The notes below the pieces were generated by a model that saw only the letters and a list, made by a program, of their open reading frames with translations, did no database searches and was not told the DNA's origin. A program made the translations under genes and the position numbers. Below are positions 30,418-40,428 of a stretch of DNA of 64,000 bases, piece by piece. The DNA is taken from NCBI GenBank assembly GCA_963663385.2, contig CAXXXD010000002.1, positions 672,001-736,000 on the forward strand. Reading direction: 5' to 3'. The DNA is from Oceanispirochaeta sp. Lineage in GTDB: Bacteria; Spirochaetota; Spirochaetia; DSM-2461. Every line of letters starts with the position of its first letter. The first letter of the stretch is position 1.

Positions 30418-31167
30418 ATGTTACGTACTAAAGGAATTTCTATCTGTGTATTTCTAATGACTTTCTTTATCCCCGGCTTGCCTCTGGCTGCAGCTGAGAG
30501 TGCTCAATCCATTATGGAAAAGAACTACGCCATACCCGATGGAGAGAGTTTTCAAAAGGAGTCTGTTCTTTTAATTGTCAAATCGGGAAGCACTGAAAAA
30601 AAGGAGTTTGTAACCCTGGGCAAGGAGTACGACCGCAGTTGGCGCAGTCGTATTCAGTTTACCTTTCCTTCCACAGTAGGGTTTCTGATCTGGGACGAAC
30701 CTGGAGAGGACAGCCAGCAGTGGATTAAACTGACAAGCGGTAAAGTTCGGAAAATCGCCGGCAGTGAGAAAGGGAAGCCCTGGATGAATTCCCATTTTTA
30801 TAATCAGGATATCTCCCGCACGTATATTGAAGATTATGAATACAGTCTCCTGGGCGAAGGATCGGTAGATGGTCATCCCTGCTATAAAATCAGAGCCGAG
30901 AAGATCCGGGGTGAAAGGGTCTACTCCCATTCCGTCCTCTATATCGGAAAGGAGGATTATCTAAAATACAGGATTGAGTTTTATGAGAGCGGGCTGCATA
31001 CCAAGACTCTGGACTTTACTAACTATGAGATCATAGATGGGATTCCCACTCCCCGGAAGCTGACCATGACCCGCAGCGACGGACGGGGGAAGAGCGTTCT
31101 CTACGTGAAAACGGCCGTTTATAACCTGACTGTTGACGATCGGAAAATGACTCGTGAGGCCTTCTAG
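30418..31167 (+). CDS. Outer-membrane lipoprotein-sorting (LolA-like) protein
   Basis: Signal peptide; QWI...KVRKIAG...WMNSHFYNQD pattern; typical partner of MMPL genes. Confidence 0.8.
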   Translation: MLRTKGISICVFLMTFFIPGLPLAAAESAQSIMEKNYAIPDGESFQKESVLLIVKSGSTEKKEFVTLGKEYDRSWRSRIQFTFPSTVGFLIWDEPGEDSQQWIKLTSGKVRKIAGSEKGKPWMNSHFYNQDISRTYIEDYEYSLLGEGSVDGHPCYKIRAEKIRGERVYSHSVLYIGKEDYLKYRIEFYESGLHTKTLDFTNYEIIDGIPTPRKLTMTRSDGRGKSVLYVKTAVYNLTVDDRKMTREAF

Positions 31168-31177
31168 GGGAAGTTTA

Positions 31178-32593
31178 ATGAATATGTTTAAAAGAAATAT
31201 ACTGTTTTCTATTCTTTTTGTACTGTGGCGTCTCTTTCCCCTTTCCGCTCAGACCGAGGAGGAGTTGGACCAGCTCCTCCTGGGGGGGGATAGCAGCGAT
31301 CGTATAGAAGAAATGAGCATGCCCGAGTCCGAACCTCCTTTCTCCCTCTCCGGTTCGGCCGTGTATGAATCCGGTCTTTCCCTGAACGAAAACTCTTTTG
31401 AATTGAATCGCTTTTACCGGAATCAGGGGCGGATCAAACTGAAACCCCTTTATGAGACAGAGAATACCAGAGCCTATGGGGATCTGGATTTCTTTGTGAA
31501 TTCCGGTGTTGAGGGGGAAACCCGTGAAAGCAGCAGCCTGGAGTGTGTGGAGGCCTATGCTGAAGGTTCAGGCCTGCTCCTGTGGAAGATCGGAAAACAG
31601 CGCTTTAACTGGGGTGTCGGGGATTCCTGCCAGCCCACGGACTTGATGGACCGTCCCGATCTGCGCGATTCCTTTATGCGGAACATCGATGACCGTTATA
31701 CAGGGGTATATGCCCTTTCCCTGAAGTATCTGGCCGGAGACTATGCCCTGGAGATCGCTTTGCGCCCCGTAACGGAAACGGCTCTGGTTCCAGCCGGGTT
31801 CTATGCTCTGGAAGCAGATGCTCTGACATCTGCCGCCGGAACTGTCTCTCCCCGCTATCCGGAGAGTGAGGTGCTGTCCGCACTGGAAGACGTTTCGGCG
31901 GGTATTCGCATTGGTGGAACCAGCGGTATCCTGGATTGGCATCTGACGGGGTACAGTGGAATGAACAAAGAGTTCCTTTATCGTTCTTCAATTAAAAGGG
32001 ATGAGGATACTTACTATCTCGATATCTGTCCTGTTTACAGACGGATGAACGCTCTGGGTGCCGATTTCTCCTTTGCTCTGTCCAGGTTCAACTTCCGTCT
32101 GGAAGGATATTACTCCTCCGATATGCCGGCTCTGAGTACGATTAGGGAGAGCGATTTCACCCGGGCGGGATCCTCCCTTATTGCGGGAGCAGCCAGCGTA
32201 GAGCTGCAGACTGTAGAGAAACGGGATTTCTTCAGCTACAGTTCCGGATTTGATATCAACCTCTGGGGTAATTGCGGTACTGTTTACTGCGAATGGATGC
32301 AATCCCGCTATATTGATGAAGATGATATCAATCCCCTTTTACAAAGCGATATACTAATGATTCGTATTGAGGATTCACTCTTCAATCAGGAACTGAATCT
32401 ATCGGCCGGATCAATGATCCGTACCAGGGACGGTGTTCCCGGGCTGGTATTCAACCCTGAAGCGGAATACGATTTTAAAACAGGTCTCACAATCGGGATG
32501 GGTGCCTATCTGTTTATGAGCAATGATGACGAGTATATTGAGATGATGGAAGATAAGGATACGGCTTATGTAAAAGTACAGTATTCATTTTAG
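31178..32593 (+). CDS. Putative outer-membrane beta-barrel (DUF1302-like)
   Basis: Signal peptide, IGKQRFNWGVGD...PTD motif, C-terminal YVKVQYSF barrel signal. Confidence 0.72.
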   Translation: MNMFKRNILFSILFVLWRLFPLSAQTEEELDQLLLGGDSSDRIEEMSMPESEPPFSLSGSAVYESGLSLNENSFELNRFYRNQGRIKLKPLYETENTRAYGDLDFFVNSGVEGETRESSSLECVEAYAEGSGLLLWKIGKQRFNWGVGDSCQPTDLMDRPDLRDSFMRNIDDRYTGVYALSLKYLAGDYALEIALRPVTETALVPAGFYALEADALTSAAGTVSPRYPESEVLSALEDVSAGIRIGGTSGILDWHLTGYSGMNKEFLYRSSIKRDEDTYYLDICPVYRRMNALGADFSFALSRFNFRLEGYYSSDMPALSTIRESDFTRAGSSLIAGAASVELQTVEKRDFFSYSSGFDINLWGNCGTVYCEWMQSRYIDEDDINPLLQSDILMIRIEDSLFNQELNLSAGSMIRTRDGVPGLVFNPEAEYDFKTGLTIGMGAYLFMSNDDEYIEMMEDKDTAYVKVQYSF

Positions 32594-32598
32594 AATAG

Positions 32599-32640
32599 GA
32601 CCTCAGCTCTGTTCGGATCAAATCGGGGAGAGTTGAGGTC
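32599..32640 (+). terminator. Stem-loop after MMPL operon
   Basis: GACCTCAGCTCT...AGAGTTGAGGTC followed by ATTTATTT. Confidence 0.6.
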
Positions 32641-32674
32641 ATTTATTTATAGAATAAGGAAATGAAAGCCTCTA

Positions 32675-32713
32675 TTGACATTCATATGTATCTGGTGTTA
32701 GTGTTTGCTAACA
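32675..32713 (+). promoter_or_regulatory. Sigma70 promoter with palindromic putative TetR operator
   Basis: TTGACA-N18-TAGTGT overlapping TGTTAG-N6-CTAACA. Confidence 0.7.
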
Positions 32714-32786
32714 TCGGTTTTGAATCATTACATTATGACGATCCTTTAGTTTCAAGCGTATGTAAGTATACAGGAGTATCATTTCT

Positions 32787-33380
32787 ATGAAAACCAGATC
32801 AAAGATTATTCAGGCGGCAACGGAGCTTTTTTCTGAACTTGGATACAGAGGTTCCACAACAAAAGCGATTGCCCAACGGGCGGGAGTCTCCGAAATGACA
32901 GTGTTTCGACAGTTCGGTAATAAAATCGGTGTTCTAAAAGAAGTACAAAAAGTAATTCTTTCGAATCAATCAGAAGTAATCGATTTCAATCCCGAGACTT
33001 GCAGCGATATAATAGGCTGGCTGGGGAAAATTGCTGAAATTGAAATTCGAAATACATATGATTACGGTATGCTTGTTTTAAAGTTGATGCTGGAGGCGCA
33101 ATCCTCGGAAGAAATTATGAATTTATACAGGAGCGCTCCCAAAAGTGACGGAGCCCGAAGATTAATTGAGAATATTCAATATCTGCAGGATACCGGTACC
33201 ATCCGCAAGGATATGACCGCTTACGCTATAGGGAAACATTTTTTGAATCTGGTTTTTATGCATGTTATGGGGCGGTTGCTTTTACAGCCTGAAAGGAAAA
33301 GCAGTGTAGAAGAGCTTATCAATGATTCTGCTGTAATGATTGATATATTCTGGCGTGGAATACGGAATAATCACGCATAG
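32787..33380 (+). CDS. TetR/AcrR-family regulator
   Basis: IIQAATELFSELGYRGSTTKAIAQRAGVSEMTVFRQFGNK HTH. Confidence 0.95.
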   Translation: MKTRSKIIQAATELFSELGYRGSTTKAIAQRAGVSEMTVFRQFGNKIGVLKEVQKVILSNQSEVIDFNPETCSDIIGWLGKIAEIEIRNTYDYGMLVLKLMLEAQSSEEIMNLYRSAPKSDGARRLIENIQYLQDTGTIRKDMTAYAIGKHFLNLVFMHVMGRLLLQPERKSSVEELINDSAVMIDIFWRGIRNNHA

Positions 33381-33389
33381 AGAGAGTCT

Positions 33390-33638
33390 GGATTGACAAC
33401 TCACATTTATAATGATAGTGTGTACTAACTAACATTTGATCGTGATATCTGGTCTGTGAAGTATGCCGGAATAATATTCCGGCCAGCTCCCGAACCTTTA
33501 TTGCGGGAAAATTGATCTTGGGCCGAATCGGGATAATTCGGATCGGAAGGTATGTCTGGTGGCAAGTACAACACTTATATATGATGTTGATGAAATCCCT
33601 CACATGGTTGAATGATATGGTTAACCGGGACATTGAAA
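33390..33638 (+). pseudogene. Decayed duplicate of the promoter and 5' end of the 35225 gene
   Basis: Shares GGATTGACAACT...TGATAGTGTGT.CTAACTAACATTT, ATAATATTCCGGC, TCTGGTGGCAAGTACAACA and TGGTTGAATGATATGGTTAAC with 34971-35324, but is frameshifted and deleted. Confidence 0.8.
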
Positions 33639-34121
33639 AAAATGACGGTAAGGATCGCCTTTTAACGAATTCCTGTATTTTGAAGTTAAATTGATACAAG
33701 CCTAATCGTAGTGGAAGTGTCTACAGGACAGGAAAAAAACATCATGGGACTGCTTACCGATGGTGTGAGTAAGGTTCTGGTAATTGTAAACAAGGATACC
33801 TGATCCTGACTTTAATTCCACCAGAATAAGATTTAATCAACCATGTGAAGAATGTTTTATGATAAGAGCGCACAAAAAGACAGTTTCAATTGGCTGCTTC
33901 TACGGTAGGAATGGCAACCTTGAGCAGTCCATAGCCCAGTTAAAGTAGAGAGCAGAGGCATATGCCTTTGCTTTTCAGGATAAATTCAATACCAATGCTG
34001 AACAAGCCCGTTTCCTTGCATGATGCATCATGTGGTGATGATAGATACTGGTGGGACAATTGTTAAGTCTTTGATCATCGGGCAGGGAGTTCAGCTTTGA
34101 TTTCTGTTTTTACGGAGGAAT

Positions 34122-34898
34122 ATGAACGCACAAAAGGATTTTATCGGTAAAAAAATTATCTTTGTGCATCCGCCGGATCTGGTCCGTGGTCCCCTGATGG
34201 ATCTGCTTTCAGAACTGGAGTATGAAGCGTACGTCCTCAGGTCGCACAGTAAAATCCCCGATATTTACAAAGCCTATCCCGATACTGTTTTCTTTCTGAA
34301 TATCGACACCGCTCTCAACGATACAGAGTGGCAGATCTATATCAAACATCTTAATCGGAGCTGCCCCGGAATCCTCCTGGGAATTTTTTCCTTCAGGATT
34401 TCGCAGAAGGACCTGGTACAGCACTATCTGTTGGGGCTGGGTGTCAGTTGCGGCTTTATTCAGATGAAACAGGGGGTAAAGGCTGCCGGGGAAATGATTC
34501 TGAAAGTGCTCAACGCCAACGAAGTAAAGGGGCGGAGGAAGTATCTTCGGTATCAGTGCTATCCAAAAGACCATTCTATAGTTCATTTTTTCAATGAAGG
34601 GACAGATGTCACAGGCAGAATTCAGGACATCACTTCCGTCGGCATGTCCTGCCGGATGGCCTCCTCCGTCAGCCTGGTTAAAAACCAGCTGGTGAAGAAT
34701 ATGCAGCTGCGTCTGAAAGGGGTAATTGTCAGATGTGATGCCGTACTGATGGGGAAAAAGGCCATCAATGGTCAGGACGCTCTTTATGTCTTTCTGTTCC
34801 GCATGGAGTCGCAGGACAAAATGAAAAGCCGTATCCGTTCCTATATATACGGTGCGTTGCAAAGGCAGCTGAATCATGATTTTGGACTGGCGGAATAA
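34122..34898 (+). CDS. PilZ-domain c-di-GMP receptor (spirochaete PlzA-like)
   Basis: RRKYLR (RxxxR) and DITSVG (DxSxxG-like) motifs in the C-terminal domain. Confidence 0.8.
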   Translation: MNAQKDFIGKKIIFVHPPDLVRGPLMDLLSELEYEAYVLRSHSKIPDIYKAYPDTVFFLNIDTALNDTEWQIYIKHLNRSCPGILLGIFSFRISQKDLVQHYLLGLGVSCGFIQMKQGVKAAGEMILKVLNANEVKGRRKYLRYQCYPKDHSIVHFFNEGTDVTGRIQDITSVGMSCRMASSVSLVKNQLVKNMQLRLKGVIVRCDAVLMGKKAINGQDALYVFLFRMESQDKMKSRIRSYIYGALQRQLNHDFGLAE

Positions 34899-34973
34899 TA
34901 TTGCTATATTGCCATATTGCTGAGCGTTTATCCAAAAGTAAAGATTTATTTACATAATTTGATAGTGACCGGA

Positions 34974-35015
34974 TTGACAACTAATAATTGATATGATAGT
35001 GTGTGCTAACTAACA
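34974..35015 (+). promoter_or_regulatory. Sigma70 promoter with degenerate TetR-type operator
   Basis: TTGACA-N17-TAGTGT; TGATAG-N6-CTAACT(AACA). Confidence 0.68.
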
Positions 35016-35224
35016 TTTTATCTGGAAGATTCAGTTTGTAAAGTATGTTCATAATATTCCGGCTGGCTCCTGTAACTTTGTACTAATTTAAATGATCTTG
35101 CTCCAAAAGGACAATATTTATGGGAGGGATTAAAAAGTCGGTAATATTGCTTATATCAAATTTTCTAATAAAAAGTTTACTGTATTGGGGAAATTGGAAT
35201 AATACGGATTGTAAGGAGTTTCTG

Positions 35225-35650
35225 GTGGCAAGTACAACATTTTTATCTAATACTGATGTTGATGAAGCAGCTGTAGATGAGTCTCTTATCTGGTTGAATG
35301 ATATGGTTAACTGGGAGATTGAAAGAATTGTCCGTCAGGGAAGGGACATAATCGATGCTGCTTTTGAAATGGAGAATGTTATTGTTCTTTTCCGTTATTG
35401 CAGATTATCCTCAGAGAAAATCCCTCTTATGATCACAAATAAACTCATATCTTTGCAAAATGGTAAAGTTATACGAAATGATCTGGATATTACTCATACT
35501 ATTGAAGTCTTCAGGCGCATGATAGAGACTCATCTGGTCACACTGTTTCTATATGAGGATCTGGACTCTTTCGATATGAATAAGTCCCGCCGGGATGTTC
35601 AGGATTATATTAGGATCTTCTGGCAGGGGTTGGAGCCGGATTATGTTTGA
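35225..35650 (+). CDS. TetR C-terminal-domain-only protein (no HTH)
   Basis: GTG start after AAGGAG; LIWLNDMVNWEIE / LQNGKVIRNDL / IRIFWQGL align with TetR 32787 IIGWLGKIAEIEIR / LQDTGTIRKDM / IDIFWRGI. Confidence 0.68.
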   Translation: MASTTFLSNTDVDEAAVDESLIWLNDMVNWEIERIVRQGRDIIDAAFEMENVIVLFRYCRLSSEKIPLMITNKLISLQNGKVIRNDLDITHTIEVFRRMIETHLVTLFLYEDLDSFDMNKSRRDVQDYIRIFWQGLEPDYV

Positions 35651-37019
35651 TAAGGGTAGAGGTTGGAAAAGAAATATTTTATGCTTTCTTAAAAACAGAG
35701 GGCTGGGATATCTCATTATTTTACTGTTTTACCAGTGCAGGCTGAAGAGTGTTTTAAAAAACAGAATCTTCTGCGGAAAGCCGATAAAGGATAATCCGGT
35801 ATTTTACCGTTTTTATATTGTAGAAGTGGATCTTTCGGGCTTCCTTCTGCGTTCCCGCACTTCGCATAACACTGCAATGTATATGAATTATAGGTATCTG
35901 ATGCAGGTTCTGCTTGAACGGCTGAGGCGTTGGAGCAGGTTCAAGGCGTCTCTCTTTTTCTCTCATCCAAACCGTATAATATTTATAACTCCGAATTACT
36001 CTTCCAATCTATATCAGGATAATGATTTATGCTCTGTGCTGGAGCCCCCTGTCCATTGTGATAAGGGGTTTGTCCAAATTCCTATCTTCCGTATCGGTTC
36101 CAGTGTTATCCCTTCTGGGAGGAAAAATGTCAGGAACGCCTGGCGTGAAGCGGAAGTCGCTCTTCAAATGTGTCAGTTAAGGAGTCCGAATGTCCTGGTA
36201 TATAACGAATCTATAAATAAAGCTTATAAAAAAAGGCTGTTTGTGTTATCTCATTTTGAGCTATCCCTGCAAAACTCAGAAATTTCAGTGAATTTTCAGC
36301 CTTTATGCGATAAAGATGGTATTTTACTGGGGTTTGAAGCATTGGCGCGTTGGCATTCGCGTGAGTTTGGCATGATAGCACCCGATGAATTCATTCCTCT
36401 GCTTGAACGATATGGCCAAATATCAAAATTGACGGAGTTTATGCTTAAACAGGCCGATTCTTTTTTATCTGCCGGCAGTTCCGTACAGTCTTCCGGGTTT
36501 TTTGTTTCGGTAAATATTTCGCCCTATGAATTGTTGCGCCTTGACTGTGTTGAACGAATCCGATTGCTTTTACAGAGAGGTGTTATCCGGTCCCGGGACA
36601 TTGTCCTGGAAATAACGGAATCCCGGTATATCAGTGAGAATCAGCAGGTTCAGCAATCCATTAGGGAATTGAGAAGCATGGGGTTTCAAATTTGTCTGGA
36701 CGATTTCGGAACAGGTTATTCCAATCTATCCTTAATCAGAGATCTTCCACTTAAACATATCAAGCTTGATAAAAGTTTTCTAAAGAGAATTCCGGATGAT
36801 GAATATTCTCTAAGAATATTGGAGGCGGTCATTAATTTTTCCTCCGCTATTAATAAAACCCTTGTTGTTGAAGGGGTTGAAGAGAAATCCTATGTAGATC
36901 TCCTAGCCAGGATGGGGTGTCGTGTCTTTCAGGGATATTACTTTTCAAAGCCTGTTTCTTTTGAAAATGCCTTGGCATTGATAAATCATTCTTCGGCAAG
37001 AATGGAGGTGACCGTTTGA
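35643..37019 (+). CDS. EAL-domain c-di-GMP phosphodiesterase
   Basis: FQP, GFEALARW, SVNISP, LEITES, DDFGTGYS, IKLDKSF, VEGVE, QGYYFSKP; ATG overlaps the upstream gene. Confidence 0.9.
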   Translation: MFDKGRGWKRNILCFLKNRGLGYLIILLFYQCRLKSVLKNRIFCGKPIKDNPVFYRFYIVEVDLSGFLLRSRTSHNTAMYMNYRYLMQVLLERLRRWSRFKASLFFSHPNRIIFITPNYSSNLYQDNDLCSVLEPPVHCDKGFVQIPIFRIGSSVIPSGRKNVRNAWREAEVALQMCQLRSPNVLVYNESINKAYKKRLFVLSHFELSLQNSEISVNFQPLCDKDGILLGFEALARWHSREFGMIAPDEFIPLLERYGQISKLTEFMLKQADSFLSAGSSVQSSGFFVSVNISPYELLRLDCVERIRLLLQRGVIRSRDIVLEITESRYISENQQVQQSIRELRSMGFQICLDDFGTGYSNLSLIRDLPLKHIKLDKSFLKRIPDDEYSLRILEAVINFSSAINKTLVVEGVEEKSYVDLLARMGCRVFQGYYFSKPVSFENALALINHSSARMEVTV

Positions 37020-37202
37020 TGGTTGGCACTAAAAAGAAGGGGTTGGTAAGAGGGCCGTTCCGGAATCTTTTGAAATTTAGCAAAAAGGTATCTTATGCGG
37101 GGATAGCAATATATCTAGCTGTTATGTATCCCTATTCTCTTGAGGGTTTATATGATAATCGAATGACGTTATGCGAATTATAAATATATACAAGGATTTA
37201 TC

Positions 37203-37760
37203 ATGAATGATCTGGATTTAGAAAAGGTTCAGGAGCCTGTAAATGAAATTATGGAAATGGATCAATATTTGACATTCACCCTCGATCGGGAACTGTACGC
37301 TGTAAATGTAATGAATATACAGGAAGTTCTGGAGTATCAGAGTATTTCCAGAGTACCGGGAATGCCGGAGTATATGATGGGTATCATTAATTTGAGGGGG
37401 AGTGTCGTTCCCGTATTTGATCTGAAGTTGGAACTTGGTTTAGGCAAAACAGAGAGGACAACAGAAACGGGTATCATTGTTGCCGAGTTACAGCTTGATA
37501 AGACTCTGATCGAGATTGGGCTGTTAGCGGATTCTGTCCATGAAGTTGTTGAACTGCGCAATGAAGATATGGAGCAGGCTCCGAATATTGGCATAAACAT
37601 AGATACTTCATTTATCAGGGGGATGGGGAAACAAAAGGACGATTTTATTCTTATCCTTGATGTCAGAAATGTGCTTTCCAATCAGAAGATAACCTCATAT
37701 AAAAGCGGAGAAATCGGCCTGACGGAATGTGAAAGTGCTCATTGTGGTATTGGTTGCTGA
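37203..37760 (+). CDS. cheW: Chemotaxis coupling protein CheW
   Basis: QYLTFTL...GIINLRGSVVPVFDL...GLLADSV. Confidence 0.95.
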   Translation: MNDLDLEKVQEPVNEIMEMDQYLTFTLDRELYAVNVMNIQEVLEYQSISRVPGMPEYMMGIINLRGSVVPVFDLKLELGLGKTERTTETGIIVAELQLDKTLIEIGLLADSVHEVVELRNEDMEQAPNIGINIDTSFIRGMGKQKDDFILILDVRNVLSNQKITSYKSGEIGLTECESAHCGIGC

Positions 37761-37864
37761 TGATTCGAAGGTTCTTCGAGAAGTGTAGGGTACCGTATGT
37801 TACCAATACTTTTTCAGGAATACTTTAATACGGAAGAATTGGTCTCTGGAGGAACCTAAGAGGA

Positions 37865-38146
37865 ATGGAAAACGCGCCTTGCGGACTGGATTGTTCAAAA
37901 TGTGAATTTTACAGGGAGAATATCAGAAAGAAAAAAAGGTATAAGATCTCCAGAAACTGGAACATTCCATTTGATTCCGTCCTATGTCCGGGATGTAAAG
38001 TTCGAAGCCGGCAGTACTTTCTCGACAGCTCAAGACACCTGTGCATTATTAAGGCATGTCTGCAGGAGAGAAACATCAAATCCTGTTTGGAATGTTCATT
38101 GTTTCCGTGTTTTCTTACCCCCCCGGAGTGTCGCAGGTCATGCTAG
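37865..38146 (+). CDS. Small Cys-rich protein (DUF3795-like)
   Basis: APCGLDCSKC...CPGC...CIIKAC...CLECSLFPC. Confidence 0.7.
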   Translation: MENAPCGLDCSKCEFYRENIRKKKRYKISRNWNIPFDSVLCPGCKVRSRQYFLDSSRHLCIIKACLQERNIKSCLECSLFPCFLTPPECRRSC

Positions 38147-38234
38147 ATCCTCCCCTTTTCGCCTGCAGTCACTTTAAGTATGCTGGAAATTTTGGAGAGT
38201 AAATCTCCTGAAAATAATTATCGAGGTTAGTTGT

Positions 38235-40208
38235 ATGTTAGGTAGATCATTAAGGAAAGACAGGTTTTATGGAATCGGTTTTAAAATATCATTTATGTTC
38301 AGTCTGCTGGCCGTCATTCTGATTGTGTTGATGTCCTTCTCATCCTACAGGGAGGAGAAGAGGTCGCTAAGCAGTCAGATATTTACTAAACTGGAACTGA
38401 TGGTTTCCAATGGGGTGGGGGAAGTTAATGGGTGGTTTATGCAGCGTAAGGAAATTATCGATTGTACCGCTCAAATGTACAATAGTCTGGATACTTTGAA
38501 TTCTTTACTCTCTTTTCCCCCTAATGAGAATCCCCTTCTGATTCTGGGAGAGACTACTTCCGGACTGAAATCCCTCTATATGGCAACGGCTGAAAAAAAG
38601 TTTTATACCGGTTCCGGCTGGCTGGCACCGGATGATTACGATCCCACAGGCCGGCCCTGGTATAAAGGAGCCGTAGAGGCGGGAGAAACGGTACTTTCAG
38701 ATTTTTATATAGATGCCAATACGAAAAAACCGGCCATTTCAATATCGGCCCCTTTGATTACCGAAGAGAACGAAATACTGGGGTGCATCAGCAGGGACAT
38801 TTTTGTCGACGATATCCTGAACTGGGTTCAGGAAAATCAGGAGGAGGGGATCCGGATTGGAATTCAGGATAGAAACGGGACAGTTCTGGTTCACCCCGAA
38901 CCCGAAATGATCGGAACGAATATCCTGGAGCATCCCCAGCTTAAAGACCTGTTTCAGACAGTTTACAGGGAAAAGGCGGGGTATCAGTTCTACTCCTTTG
39001 AGGGTAAGGAAAAACTTATGTTCTATGATCAGATACCGTTGACGGGGTGGCAGATTGTCTACTTTGTTGATTTGAAGATTTTAAATGCTCCCCTGGCCAA
39101 GTTGAAATTACGCTTTTTAATCTTTACCTTCGGGACGATCGGTATTTTCATCCTGTTGTCCATTTTTATAGCCCGGCATTTTTCCGTTAGAATCAATGCC
39201 GTATCGGATAACCTGAAGACAATTTCGGAAGGGGATATGGTGCTGAATATCGATCCTGATTATTACAGGGTCCGGGATGAAATCGGCCGTCTTTCCCTGA
39301 GTTTGAGAAATATGGTCCTCCAGCTCAGCAAAATGGTGGGGAACGTTGATACAAGTGCCGGCAAGGTGGCACTGGGCAGCAGTCAGGTACGGGAGAATGC
39401 TCAGAAGATCAGTACGGGAGCCTCTCAACAGGCATCTCTGGCGGAGGAAGTTTCCAGTTCCATAGAGCAGATGAGCGCCAATATACAGCAGAACTCCAGT
39501 AATGCCCAGAGAACGGGAACCATTGCCAATAATGCTGCTATTGATGCCCAGGACAGCGGGATGGCAGTTGAAAAAGCCGTAACGGCTATGAAGCAGATAG
39601 TAGAAAAAATTACGATTGTTGAGGAGATTGCCCGGCAAACGAATATGCTGGCCCTTAATGCGGCCATAGAAGCCGCCAGAGCGGGAGAGCATGGCAAGGG
39701 TTTTGCTGTCGTTGCATCCGAGGTTCGTAAACTGGCGGAGCGCAGTCAGACGGCAGCGGGAGAAATTACAACTCTTTCCATGACGACGGTTAATGCGGCT
39801 ACAAGTGCTGGAGAGATGCTGAACAAGCTTGTGCCGGATATAAAGAAGACAGCGGAACTGGTTCAGGAAATCAGTACTGCATCGCAGGAGCAGAGCGAGG
39901 GAGTTGAGCAGATCAGCAGTGCCATCCTGGAGCTGAGCAGTATCATTCAGCTGAATGCGACAAGCTCGGAGGAAATGGCCGGAACATCCGATTTACTGGC
40001 TGGGCATTCTGATGATCTGAGAACTCTTATTGCTTCTTTTACTATAGACAAGAAGGAGGTGGAATCCAGAATGATCTCCGCACCTTCCGGTAATTCAGGA
40101 GAGATGAACGAGGTCTCTTCAATCGGGAGCATGGTATCGGCGTCTTTGCGGCAATCTACGGCAACCGCTGTTATCGGAACGGATGATGAGGAGTTCGAGC
40201 AGTATTGA
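38235..40208 (+). CDS. Methyl-accepting chemotaxis protein with dCache sensor
   Basis: TM-dCache (YDPTGRPWY)-TM-HAMP-MA domain ([37 protein letters not shown]); C-terminal EEFEQY. Confidence 0.96.
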   Translation: MLGRSLRKDRFYGIGFKISFMFSLLAVILIVLMSFSSYREEKRSLSSQIFTKLELMVSNGVGEVNGWFMQRKEIIDCTAQMYNSLDTLNSLLSFPPNENPLLILGETTSGLKSLYMATAEKKFYTGSGWLAPDDYDPTGRPWYKGAVEAGETVLSDFYIDANTKKPAISISAPLITEENEILGCISRDIFVDDILNWVQENQEEGIRIGIQDRNGTVLVHPEPEMIGTNILEHPQLKDLFQTVYREKAGYQFYSFEGKEKLMFYDQIPLTGWQIVYFVDLKILNAPLAKLKLRFLIFTFGTIGIFILLSIFIARHFSVRINAVSDNLKTISEGDMVLNIDPDYYRVRDEIGRLSLSLRNMVLQLSKMVGNVDTSAGKVALGSSQVRENAQKISTGASQQASLAEEVSSSIEQMSANIQQNSSNAQRTGTIANNAAIDAQDSGMAVEKAVTAMKQIVEKITIVEEIARQTNMLALNAAIEAARAGEHGKGFAVVASEVRKLAERSQTAAGEITTLSMTTVNAATSAGEMLNKLVPDIKKTAELVQEISTASQEQSEGVEQISSAILELSSIIQLNATSSEEMAGTSDLLAGHSDDLRTLIASFTIDKKEVESRMISAPSGNSGEMNEVSSIGSMVSASLRQSTATAVIGTDDEEFEQY

Positions 40209-40428
40209 GCCATAGTACAAGAGGATACTTCTCCAAGTGGATTTGAGAGCTGAGTGGTTATGAATCTTTAAGATATAAATAATCATTAAGATCATTCGAA
40301 TCCGGTTCTATACATTCTGTTTTATTTATGTATGCGGCTGCATGGTACGTTGTAAAAGCTGGTTATACCAGATCAACAGTAAGTGTCTTTTGAGCTTCTG
40401 GTTGACTTGTTTTAGGAGTCTGGAATAT

